Part shown: in pieces, positions 55,260 to 64,000 of the stretch
Position numbering within the stretch: the first letter of the stretch is position 1
Layout: the number at the start of each line of letters is the position of its first letter
Source: an uncultured Gemmatimonadaceae bacterium
Lineage (GTDB): Bacteria > Gemmatimonadota > Gemmatimonadetes > Gemmatimonadales > Gemmatimonadaceae
DNA: 64,000 bases
Reading direction: 5' to 3'
Assembly: GCA_963817955.1 (NCBI GenBank)
Contig: CAWFQK010000001.1
Span: forward strand, 160,001 to 224,000
Translations under genes and position numbers: made by a program
Notes under the pieces: model-generated
Databases searched by the model: none
Seen by the model: only the letters and a program-made list of their open reading frames with translations
Told to the model about the DNA's origin: nothing

Positions 55260-55805
55260 ACACTTCTCGTGTTCAGACCAATTTCTTACCATCTCCCGTT
55301 GCGATTCAGTCTGCGGCGATCCCGACCCTTGCAGCGAGCGAATCTTTGCGGGCGACATCGTCCGGAATAATTCGGTGACCTGACGCAGCGCTTCATCGCC
55401 AGTGACGCCCTGTCGAACGAGCCAGCATCCCACCACTGTACCGGTGCGACCGACCCCTCCCCAGCAGTGAACGTAGACCACCCGTCCGCGATCTACCTCC
55501 GCAGCGATATGGTCGAGGATCTCAAGCATCTCACTGTGGGAAGGCACATCCATGTCGCGGATCGGCATGCGCAGATACGACACGATAGCGCCGGTTCTCG
55601 CCGCGATGTCGTGGAGCATCGGCTCGTACGGCTGCAGTGGGTCCTGCGTCGTGGTGAGATCGACGAACGAGTTGACCCCCGAATCGAGTACGAGGAGCAG
55701 CCTGGTGAGCGCGGTCCTCTCGGAATGCGCACCGGGATACTCGCCCGCGGCGATCCGCCGGTCGGGGAGCCAGTATGAATTGGGAATTGGTGGCGGGTGT
55801 TTCAT
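55257..55805 (-). CDS. Dual-specificity/tyrosine protein phosphatase
   Basis: AGEYP, PIRDMDVP, VHCWGGVGRTG (HCx5R), SPQTESQ. Confidence 0.9.
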   Translation of the reverse strand: MKHPPPIPNSYWLPDRRIAAGEYPGAHSERTALTRLLLVLDSGVNSFVDLTTTQDPLQPYEPMLHDIAARTGAIVSYLRMPIRDMDVPSHSEMLEILDHIAAEVDRGRVVYVHCWGGVGRTGTVVGCWLVRQGVTGDEALRQVTELFRTMSPAKIRSLQGSGSPQTESQREMVRNWSEHEKC

Positions 55806-55943
55806 GAGACATCACCGCGAGGCGAACTCGAGGATGGTGAGAGAGCGGACATTGGCATCGTTTGAAAATTCGCCATGTGTTCCCACTCGGGCAAATCTGT
55901 CCCCAGTTGCTACCTGATCTCTTCGAAGAAGCCGCGACTACAA

Positions 55944-55987
55944 TTGACCTCAAACTGTCGGTACTTGACCTCAAACTGTCGGTACTT
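55944..55987 (+). repeat. Perfect 21-bp tandem duplication
   Basis: TTGACCTCAAACTGTCGGTAC x2. Confidence 0.9.
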
Positions 55988-56384
55988 CATGCGCCGGCTC
56001 CAGTTCGATGACCGGCGGGGTAGCGAAGAGTTGCGAGGTGACCAGGGTCGTGCACCCACCCGGCTACGAACGCGTCCGCGGTTGCGGTCCCCGCCAGCTG
56101 CATCGCGATGTTCTCCCCACTCCGTCGAAGCGGCCGCCGACTGCGCAAACACGCTCGGCGGGAGTGACATGTTCGGGTATCGGCGATGTGTGAGAGAAGA
56201 AGTGGTACTGCCCCATGGCTCGGCTGTGGCATTCCGCGGCGACGCCGAGCGTGTCGCTCCAGCATAGCGCCGATCGGCCATTGCGTTTCCGAACCGCATT
56301 CACGCGCTCATGAATCGCCTGGATGAGCGCCGTTGATTGCGCCATCGCTCGACACTGGAAGACTGTCGAATCGTCTCGTGCCAT
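55987..56384 (-). pseudogene. CAP/SCP domain gene, frameshifted and truncated
   Basis: VNAVR...AAECHSRAM...FFSHTSP...VG|ENIA...GWVHDPGH across two frames; join at a G4 run, 56115-56118. Confidence 0.7.
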
Positions 56385-56796
56385 GGTGCAACTACCACGA
56401 GGCGACGAAGATGATGATCGCGCCTCTGATGCCAATCGTGCTGGACATGTCTGGTGTTCTGACAGTCGTTTGCGCAAGGTATATGAGGTGCTCGATGTCG
56501 ACCGTGAGCGGACCTGGCTATCGTCGCCAGGCGAAGTTCAGCGCAATGGACTGCTCGGTATTCCGCACACAAGATCTGTCACACGATTTGAAGTTTCAAT
56601 TGTTTCGCAGCAAGAGTGATCGATATGGAGTTCTCAATTGGGGAATGGCTACAATCGGATCTGGAGGAAGCAGCCAGGATGTTCTCGGATGAAGTAGGCA
56701 GGAATGCTCTCGGACGAAGCGGCTAGGCTGTTCCCGCTGGTCTGAGGTTGTCCGCGCCGTTACCAACCAATTCCGCCTCTGCGCTGTCCAACTGTC

Positions 56797-59331
56797 ATGC
56801 TCGCTCAACCTCTCCTCGCTCGCTGGCGCGATTCGCTGGCCCAGGACCTCCGCTACTCGCTCCGCGGTCTCCACACACGCCCGGGCTTCGCCCTCATCGT
56901 CGTCTTCACCATTGCACTCGGCGTCGGCGCCGATGCGACGATGTTCGGTGTCCTCGACCGAATCCTTTTCCGCGCGCCGGACCAGATCCGCGATCCCGAT
57001 CGCGTGGTACAGGTCGAGACGCATTCTGCCGGATCCGCGTATTGGCAGTCGAGCTGTTCCTACGCGACGTACACCGATTTTCGCGATCAAGCGGCGGGTT
57101 TCGACGGCGTTGCCGCCACGTACTCCGGGGGATATTTCCCGTTGGATCGTGGGTCGAGCGCGTCTCGCGTCGCGGGTTCGCTCGTGTCGAGCAGCTTCTT
57201 TTCAACGCTCGGCGTCCGCCCGGCGGCGGGTCGCTTCTTCTCGGCCGACGAGGACAACGTTGCCTCTGCAGGAAACGTCGCCGTCATCGGTTACGGATTC
57301 TGGCAGCGGCATTTTAACGGTCGTGAGAGCGCGCTTGGGCAAACGCTCAACATTGGCGTTCAGCGGTACACGGTAGTCGGTGTCGCGCCCAAGGGGTTTA
57401 CCGGCGTCGATCTCAATGATGTAGACGTCTGGCTGCCGATCACCGCTCCGTCCGGGTTGCGCTTCGACAACTCGCCGGGCTGGACGAAGAACCGCCACGC
57501 GAATTGGCTGCACATCGTGGCGCGACTCAAAGGTGCGGAATCCGTGCAGCTCGCTACCCAGCAGGCGACTGCAGTGCATCGCGGGGCGCTCCGGCAGCAG
57601 ATCGCGGAGGACCCGAAGGCCGCACGATATATCAAGCCGGATTCCGAGAGCGTGGTGCTCGCGTCGCTCATCCCGGGCAAAGTCAGCCCGGGAATGAGTG
57701 CCATCGGCCATAGTGTGAAGGTATCGCAGCTGCTCGGTGTCGTCTCGCTGATCGTGCTGATCATCGCCTGCGCGAACGTGGCAAATCTACTGCTCGTTCG
57801 CGCGTTCAACCGTCAGCGCGAGATCGTCGTGCGGCTCGCCCTCGGCGTCAGTCGCGGCCGACTCATCACCCAACTCTTGGTCGAAGGCCTGGTGTTGGCG
57901 ACGCTCGGCGGCGGCGGCGCATTGCTCGTCGCACACTGGACTTCCCAGTCGGTGCGGATCTGGTTGCTCGGCGCGGGCGCGTGGACGGCGGAGGCTGTGG
58001 ATGGGCGACTGCTGGCGTTCACCGCGGTGGCGACACTGGTCACCGGGTTGGTGACGTCGCTCGTGCCCGCGCTCCGCGCGAGCCGCACGGATCTCGCGCA
58101 GGCGCTCAAGCAGGGAGTTCGCGAAGGCGGAGGACAGCGCTCGCCACTGCGCGCCGCACTGCTCATGCTACAAGCGGCGCTTGCCATCGTGATGCTCACC
58201 GGCGCGGGACTGTTCATTCGAAGCGTACAGAATGTCAACGCGCTGCCGTTTGGCGTAGACGTGGACCACGTACTCGTTGCCGACATCGCGCACGCGAGCG
58301 CCGGGCTCACGACCGAGGAAGCGCGCCGCCTGTATGACGACTTCAATCGGCGCGTTCGCAGTGTGCCCGGCGTGAAGTCGGCGGCGGTGACGATCGGATT
58401 GCCGTTCGGACTGTCGTGGAGCACCAGCGTTGCCGTTCCGGGCCGAGTGCTTCCGAAAACCGAGCAGGAGCCGGTGCAGTACGCCGTCACGCCAGACTAC
58501 TTCACCACGATGGGAATCCGTCTGCGCGGCGGCCGTGCGTTCACGGTGGGCGACCGGATGGGCACGTTGCCGGTGGCAATGATCAACGAAACGATGGCGA
58601 CGTTGTACTGGCCGAACCAGAATCCGGTGGGTCAGTGCGCCAAGATCGACGCGGACACGATGCCATGCACCACGATCATCGGCGTGGTGGGAAACACGCG
58701 CCGTCAGAACCTCGTGGAGGGTCTCGTTCCGCAACTCTACCGCCCACTCGATCAGCTACCGACGTCGGCAATCGATCACACGGTCTCTCACTTCGGCTAT
58801 GAGCTGGTGGTCAAGACCGACGGCGACCCGGCGCGCCTGGTCGAACCGGTGCGCCGCGCGATCCACGCTGCTGCCGCCGTGGTGCCGTACGCCAACGTCC
58901 GCCCGATGCGCGATCTGCTCGATCGGCGCATGCGTTCCTGGCAACTCGGCGCACGGGTCTTCTCGGCTTTCGGCGCCCTCGCGCTCGTCCTCGCGGCGGT
59001 CGGGCTGTACAGTGTACTCGCATTCACGATCGCTCAACGGACGCATGAATTCGGACTGCGAGTTGCGCTGGGAGCCCAATCGGCGGACATCGTTCGCGTG
59101 GCGTTAGCGACCGGCCTCGCGCCGGTCGTCGGCGGAATCGTGGGAGGGGTATTGCTGTCGCTTCTATCGGGGAAGTTCGTTGCCGGGTTGTTGTTCGGGG
59201 TGTCGCCACGTGATCCGATGGTATTGGCGGGAGTGGCTGGGATTCTGTTGGTGACCGGGATAGTCGCGAGTGTGGGGCCGGCTTTGAAGGCGGGGAGGGG
59301 GGATCTGGTTCGGGTGCTTCGGGAGGAGTAG
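56797..59331 (+). CDS. Duplicated MacB/FtsX-type ABC permease (ADOP-like orphan permease)
   Basis: QDLRYSLR, IACANVANLLL, REIVVRLALG, QRTHEFGLRVALGA. Confidence 0.93.
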   Translation: MLAQPLLARWRDSLAQDLRYSLRGLHTRPGFALIVVFTIALGVGADATMFGVLDRILFRAPDQIRDPDRVVQVETHSAGSAYWQSSCSYATYTDFRDQAAGFDGVAATYSGGYFPLDRGSSASRVAGSLVSSSFFSTLGVRPAAGRFFSADEDNVASAGNVAVIGYGFWQRHFNGRESALGQTLNIGVQRYTVVGVAPKGFTGVDLNDVDVWLPITAPSGLRFDNSPGWTKNRHANWLHIVARLKGAESVQLATQQATAVHRGALRQQIAEDPKAARYIKPDSESVVLASLIPGKVSPGMSAIGHSVKVSQLLGVVSLIVLIIACANVANLLLVRAFNRQREIVVRLALGVSRGRLITQLLVEGLVLATLGGGGALLVAHWTSQSVRIWLLGAGAWTAEAVDGRLLAFTAVATLVTGLVTSLVPALRASRTDLAQALKQGVREGGGQRSPLRAALLMLQAALAIVMLTGAGLFIRSVQNVNALPFGVDVDHVLVADIAHASAGLTTEEARRLYDDFNRRVRSVPGVKSAAVTIGLPFGLSWSTSVAVPGRVLPKTEQEPVQYAVTPDYFTTMGIRLRGGRAFTVGDRMGTLPVAMINETMATLYWPNQNPVGQCAKIDADTMPCTTIIGVVGNTRRQNLVEGLVPQLYRPLDQLPTSAIDHTVSHFGYELVVKTDGDPARLVEPVRRAIHAAAAVVPYANVRPMRDLLDRRMRSWQLGARVFSAFGALALVLAAVGLYSVLAFTIAQRTHEFGLRVALGAQSADIVRVALATGLAPVVGGIVGGVLLSLLSGKFVAGLLFGVSPRDPMVLAGVAGILLVTGIVASVGPALKAGRGDLVRVLREE

Positions 59332-59333
59332 AG

Positions 59334-59761
59334 GACAGCGCGAAGCGCTGACGGCGCGAACGGCTGACGGCGCTGACTCCCTAACGGCGCGAACGGCTGA
59401 CGGCGCTGACTCCCTGACGGCGCCGACTCCCTGACTACGCCAACTCCCTGACAGCGCTGACTCCCTAACGGCGCTAACGCCCTGACGGCGGCTGACGGCG
59501 GCTGACGGCGGCTTACTGCGTTTGCGGCGCTGACTCCCTGACGGCGGTTACTGCGCCGGCATCGCTGACCAATCCGAGGTCGCGTACAGAAGGTGGCCTT
59601 ACGTCCGCCGTTCGCGCCGTTCGAGCCCGCCGTAAGCCGCCGTCAGGGAGTCAGCGCCGTTAGGGAGTTGGCGCCGTTAGGGAGTTAGCGCCGTCAGGGA
59701 GTCAGCGCCGTCAGGGAGTCAGCGCCGTCAGCCGTTCGCGCCGTCAGCGCTTCGCGCTGTC
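59334..59761. mobile_element. Palindromic 17-mer element, copy 2
   Basis: TIR GACAGCGCGAAGCGCTGACGGCGCGAACGGCTGACGG; core 59548-59610; lies between convergent stops. Confidence 0.85.
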
Positions 59762-61553
59762 AACCCATCACGCGATTTCGGCCCGCCCCCTTCGCCTCAT
59801 ATAACTTCCCGTCCGCCTTTTCCAGCGCCGCCCAAGCATTGTCGCCCGCCATTCCATCGGCGAGCCCGATGCTGATGGTGACGCGAAGGCCGGTGGCAAT
59901 CGTGGCCCAGTCGTACCGTTCGATGGCCGCGCAAATGTCGTCACACACGCCACGCGCGTCGATGAGGGTGGTCTCGACAAAGAGCAATGCGATCTCCTCA
60001 CCGCCGTACCGCGCGACGACGTCGACCCGCCGAGTGCGTTCGTGAAAGATCTTGGCGACCGTGCGCAGGACCTGGTCGCCTATGGCGTGCGAGAATTCGT
60101 CGTTGATGCTCTTGAATCGATCGAGGTCGGCAAGCGCTATCGTGAGCGGGTGCCCGAATCGACGCGATCGCTCCCATTCGATGGGCAGCCGCTCGTCGAG
60201 ATCCCGACGATTGCGAAGCCCGGTGAGTGCGTCTTCGCGACTGCGGCGCTCGAGCTGGATGGCCTGCGCTTCCAACTGCCTCACCAGTTGCGACTTTTCG
60301 GCGTTCGCCGCGTCCAGCTGCGCGTTTCGTTCTCGGAGGAATTTGGCTTCGCGCTCTTTCTCCCGTAACTCCATCTGCACCATGGCGCTCAGCACCCGTC
60401 GCTCGGCGTCCGCGCCCCGTAGCTCCTCGTGCAGGGTATGGTACTCCTTGAAGTGCCGGAGGGCGGGCTCCCCCTGACCGAGGGTCTCGTATACGGTGAA
60501 CAGCGCCCGATGGATGTCGGCCCGCTGTTGGCGCGATCCGCCCGCGCGGTTGACAGCGAGCGCCTCCATCAGCGACGTCAACGCCGCGTCATGTTGGCCA
60601 ATACGCGCGAGCGTTTCACCGATCTGAAGGTGCGCCTCCGCATGATGGCCCCCGAGGTGCCGCGCCTCACTCGTGGCGTGGACCTCCTGGAGAATGCTGA
60701 GGGCGCCCTTGAAATTGCCGGCGTCGCGGCGGAGCAGCGCGATGTTCTCCAGGATCTCGACTTCGGCGTCGGCATGGCCTGCTTGGCGTGCGAGCTGCAG
60801 GCCGGCATCATAGTGCTTGAGGGCAACGTCAGGATTGCCCAGACGAGCATAGGCAAAGCCGACGTTGCTCTGGGCGAGCGCGGCATTCAGGGTCTCGCCG
60901 CGGCTCAGATAGTCGGCCAAGGCGCGCTCATGAAAGTGCAGGGCCTCGTCGTCCTGTCCAAGCGCTCCGAGCGCCGAGCCGATGTTATGCACGGTCCAGG
61001 ATATTCCCTGGTTGTTACCGAGTTCCTCAAAGAGGTCGGTGCTTGCGCGGTACTGTTCGAGGGCTGGCGCGATCTCGCCCGCGACGGCATGGACACCGCC
61101 TAGTGCGCAGCGCGTTTCCGCTTCACCGGCTTTGTCGCCAAACTCGCACTGGAGCTCGAGCGCGGTGAGGTAGAATCGAGCGGCTTCGTAGCAGTCGCCG
61201 AGACTCTGATGCACGCGACCCAGGACGGTGAGCGTCGCGGCGCGCTCTGTCGTCTCGCCGAGTCGATCGAAAATCGCGCACGCGGCGGTCGCATCCTGGA
61301 GGGCACCGTCGAGATCGAGCAGCCGTGATCGGCACGCCGCACCCGCGCGCAACGCCCGTGCCTCCCCATGGCGATATCCGGCGGCGCGAGCGAGGGATAA
61401 TGCCTCTGCCGCCAGAGACAGTCCGTCAGCCCCGCCGGTAAACCGCATGGCGTCGGCGCGGGTGGTCAGCGCATCAATATGCTGCGCGACGTCAAGGGTG
61501 ACGCCTGCAGCATTGCTTCCCTCATATGACGTACTGAGGTCAAGCTGCTCCAT
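59760..61553 (-). CDS. TPR-containing diguanylate cyclase
   Basis: TPR-like helical repeats; DALTGLRNRR, DLDRFKSIND, RRVD I-site, RYGGEEI; ATG 61553 chosen because the longer ORF starts inside a repeat. Confidence 0.9.
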   Translation of the reverse strand: MEQLDLSTSYEGSNAAGVTLDVAQHIDALTTRADAMRFTGGADGLSLAAEALSLARAAGYRHGEARALRAGAACRSRLLDLDGALQDATAACAIFDRLGETTERAATLTVLGRVHQSLGDCYEAARFYLTALELQCEFGDKAGEAETRCALGGVHAVAGEIAPALEQYRASTDLFEELGNNQGISWTVHNIGSALGALGQDDEALHFHERALADYLSRGETLNAALAQSNVGFAYARLGNPDVALKHYDAGLQLARQAGHADAEVEILENIALLRRDAGNFKGALSILQEVHATSEARHLGGHHAEAHLQIGETLARIGQHDAALTSLMEALAVNRAGGSRQQRADIHRALFTVYETLGQGEPALRHFKEYHTLHEELRGADAERRVLSAMVQMELREKEREAKFLRERNAQLDAANAEKSQLVRQLEAQAIQLERRSREDALTGLRNRRDLDERLPIEWERSRRFGHPLTIALADLDRFKSINDEFSHAIGDQVLRTVAKIFHERTRRVDVVARYGGEEIALLFVETTLIDARGVCDDICAAIERYDWATIATGLRVTISIGLADGMAGDNAWAALEKADGKLYEAKGAGRNRVMG

Positions 61554-61650
61554 CCTACTGTTCAGCCCATCCTGGTCGTCGGTCACAACTGTGCTCCGCC
61601 GGATCATCCCACGTCGGGGTATAGTAGCGTTTGCTAGTGACAATTCCAAG

Positions 61651-62047
61651 GACGGCGCGAACGGCTGACGGCGCTGACTCCCTGACGGCGCTGACTCCCT
61701 ACCTACGCTGACTCCCGAACGGCGCCAACTCCCTGACTGCGCCAACTCCCTGACGGCGGCTTACGGCGGACGTAAGGCCACCTTCTGTACGCGACCTCGG
61801 ATTGGTCAGCGATGCCGGCGCAGTAACCGCCGCCAGGGAGTCAGCGCCGCAAACGCAGTAAGCCGCCGTAAGCCGCAGTCAGGGAGTCAGCGCCGTTAGG
61901 GAGTCAGCGCCGTTAGGGAGTCAGCGCCGTTAGGGAGTCAGCGCCGTCAGGGAGTCAGCGCCGTTAGCAGTTCGCGCCGTCAGGGAGTCGGCGCAGTCAG
62001 CCGTTCGCGCCGTTAGGGAGTCAGCGCCGTCAGCCGTTCGCGCCGTC
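61651..62047. mobile_element. Palindromic 17-mer element, copy 3 (core inverted)
   Basis: Core 61764-61826 is the reverse complement of the cores of copies 1 and 2. Confidence 0.85.
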
Positions 62048-64000
62048 AGAGACGCCACTCTCTCTACCCTCCCCTCAACCGGTTGTCCCGACACCCCTCC
62101 AATCACTTTCGCATACTCCTCCACTTGCCTCCCATACCGCTCGTATCTCGCCGACCATCCAGCATCGTCGACAACGTCGGTCTTCCAGTCGACCACACTC
62201 CATCCATCCGGGCCAACCGCGGCGGCATCGATCACGCCTTCGGTGATCGTCTCGACGCCATCACGCTCGGCACTTGCCATGATCGCTAACTCCACATGCA
62301 GCGTGCCGGCTGCCGTCAGGGCTTCCCACGATTCCGATTCCGCCGTTCGTTCGATCAGAGGATAGAGCGCCGCCGACAGCTCTTCGTCCAACCGCTCCTC
62401 GATCGCTACGGCACGCGCGAAGGCGAGGAGCGAATCGCCCCGGCGGCCGCGGCCGAGTGCTGCGAGGCAACGATGAACGGCGGTTCCCCAGGCGGTTCCA
62501 AGTCCCGTTCCATGCGTTGGGCTTTCTGCCGCGACTCGGTCTTCCATTGCGCCCTTTGCTTCCTCAGTGACGGTCACGAAGCGCAGGGATGGCGTGGCGG
62601 CGACGCGAATGCGGGCGGCTGCGTCGTCGGTCGCCTCCATCAGCGACTGGGTGGTGCGGTCCATACACTTGCGGCCGGGAGCGGACTCTACCTTCAGCTC
62701 TTTGGGAATCGCATGCTCATCGAGCATCGGGGCCAGCGGCCGCCACATGGAGTTGTCCAGCTTGGGGGTCGAACTCGTAGCGACTTCACACTGCGCCACA
62801 TAGAGCTCCCGCTTCGCTCGAGTCGCCGCGACGTAAAGCAGACGGGCTCTTTCTGCGTCCTGAAAGCGCGACTCCAGTTCCGCCATGTCGGCCCACTCCG
62901 GCGGCTGCGCCAGCACGTGAGTGTTGTGACCCTGTTGATGGGTGATGGACAAACCTCCCCTGGCACCACCGCTCTCACCGCGCGAAATGTGCACGCGCGG
63001 CTCGAACACCTTTCGGTCGACAGGTTCTGCAAGAATGACCACGTCGGACTCGAGACCCTTTGCCTTGTGCAGATTCATTACGCGCACGACATCGGTGCGG
63101 CCCGGGCGGAGCGGAGCGTCGGCCGCCTCGGCTCTCAGAATGGTTTCGAGGTATTCCATTGCGTCCGGAAGGCCATTCGCCCCCGCCACGGCCGATTCGC
63201 GTAGTGACGCAAGCAGATGGAGCAGCGCACCAGCGCGTGTTTCCCCGAGCGGCTGCGCCGCGGCGTGCAAGAGCAGACCACTCTCGTCCAGAATGCGTTC
63301 GAGAAGAATGTCCGCGGGATGACGTTGCGAGGCTTTCCACCACTCGTGTAATTGCAGCAGCGCGCGGGCTGCTGCGTCGGCCTCGTCGAGTGGCCGATGG
63401 CTGACGGAAAAGCGAATGCCGCGCTGTGATGCGTTCCACAGGTCCGCCGGGCTCATACCAAAGAACAGTCCTTCGAGCGCCGCCACGACGGCAATCGTAT
63501 TGTCCGGATCGGCAAGGGCGCGCAACACCACGAGGAGCTCGCGCAACTCATGCTCCTCTACCAGGCGCGCCCCTGTGGTCGCAACCGGAATGTTTCGCTC
63601 GATGAGCGCACGGGCGTACTGTTCGATGGGCGTCTTGGTCGCGGTGAGCACCATGAAATCGCCGGCTACCTTTTCGCCTTTCGCAATCCTGCCGGCGATG
63701 AAGCTCGCCACCATTGCTGCATCCAACTCGATGACGGCACCCTTTGCTCGCCCAGGTGGACGAACGGCGTATGTATAGACGCCGTCCCTTCCTTCCGGCT
63801 CGTGCTGGGTCTCCATGGGGCGATACGCCGCTTGTTCCGGCGTGGCCATCGCCGGAAACACTTCTGAGAAGTGGCAATTGACCACGGCTTCAACGGAACT
63901 CACCGAGCGGAAATTCGACGTGAGCGGCAGCACGACGCCGAACGCCTCCATGCGGCGTTTCACCAGCTCGTACGTCTCGATGTCAGCACGACGAAATCGG
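61930..64000 (-). CDS. UvrD/AddA-like helicase-nuclease, C-terminal part (5'-truncated by window)
   Basis: RFRRADI, LTSNFRS, MNLHKAKGLE, RLLYVAATRA, GTAVH, GVID...VVDWKT nuclease domain. Confidence 0.9.
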   Translation of the reverse strand, partial: RFRRADIETYELVKRRMEAFGVVLPLTSNFRSVSSVEAVVNCHFSEVFPAMATPEQAAYRPMETQHEPEGRDGVYTYAVRPPGRAKGAVIELDAAMVASFIAGRIAKGEKVAGDFMVLTATKTPIEQYARALIERNIPVATTGARLVEEHELRELLVVLRALADPDNTIAVVAALEGLFFGMSPADLWNASQRGIRFSVSHRPLDEADAAARALLQLHEWWKASQRHPADILLERILDESGLLLHAAAQPLGETRAGALLHLLASLRESAVAGANGLPDAMEYLETILRAEAADAPLRPGRTDVVRVMNLHKAKGLESDVVILAEPVDRKVFEPRVHISRGESGGARGGLSITHQQGHNTHVLAQPPEWADMAELESRFQDAERARLLYVAATRAKRELYVAQCEVATSSTPKLDNSMWRPLAPMLDEHAIPKELKVESAPGRKCMDRTTQSLMEATDDAAARIRVAATPSLRFVTVTEEAKGAMEDRVAAESPTHGTGLGTAWGTAVHRCLAALGRGRRGDSLLAFARAVAIEERLDEELSAALYPLIERTAESESWEALTAAGTLHVELAIMASAERDGVETITEGVIDAAAVGPDGWSVVDWKTDVVDDAGWSARYERYGRQVEEYAKVIGGVSGQPVEGRVERVASLTARTADGADSLTARTADCADSLTARTANGADSLTALTP

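Noticed and set aside
59100..59331. Diversity-generating retroelement variable region
   Set aside because: No reverse transcriptase or template repeat in the window, and the bias concerns C rather than A.
61554..61745. N-terminal extension of the GGDEF ORF
   Set aside because: It starts inside repeat copy 3; ATG 61553 is more plausible.
54908..62047. CRISPR interpretation of the 17-mer repeats
   Set aside because: Units are spacer-less and arranged as inverted arms.

Overview
GC-rich bacterial chromosomal window. Its gene content (Ser/Thr kinase, duplicated orphan ABC permease, many PAS hybrid kinases, ECF/anti-sigma/PDZ operon) suggests Gemmatimonadota; this is inference only. It carries a menaquinone operon (menD-H-B-A-E), a TPP-riboswitch-led thiamine operon (thiC with a 1-nt frameshift, a thiD-thiE fusion, thiS, thiG), hydrolases and peptidases, two ZIP transporters, five histidine kinase genes (one lacking the phospho-His, one with an N-terminal cupin), EAL-HDOD and TPR-GGDEF proteins, a large PLD-family protein and the 3' part of a UvrD/AddA-type helicase-nuclease. 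I saw no rRNA, tRNA, CRISPR array, transposase, integrase or reverse transcriptase. The most unusual signals are intergenic. (1) Three copies of a 350-430 bp palindromic element built from 17-mers have strand-specific C-depleted flanks that extend into neighbouring genes mainly as synonymous changes. (2) REP-like GTCATCCTGAGCGAAGCGAAGGATCT repeats are coupled to a TIR-bounded element resembling a deleted GxxExxY cassette. (3) A ~420 bp degenerate 21-nt-period array lies upstream of the EAL-HDOD gene. Family calls come from motif recognition; no database search was run.
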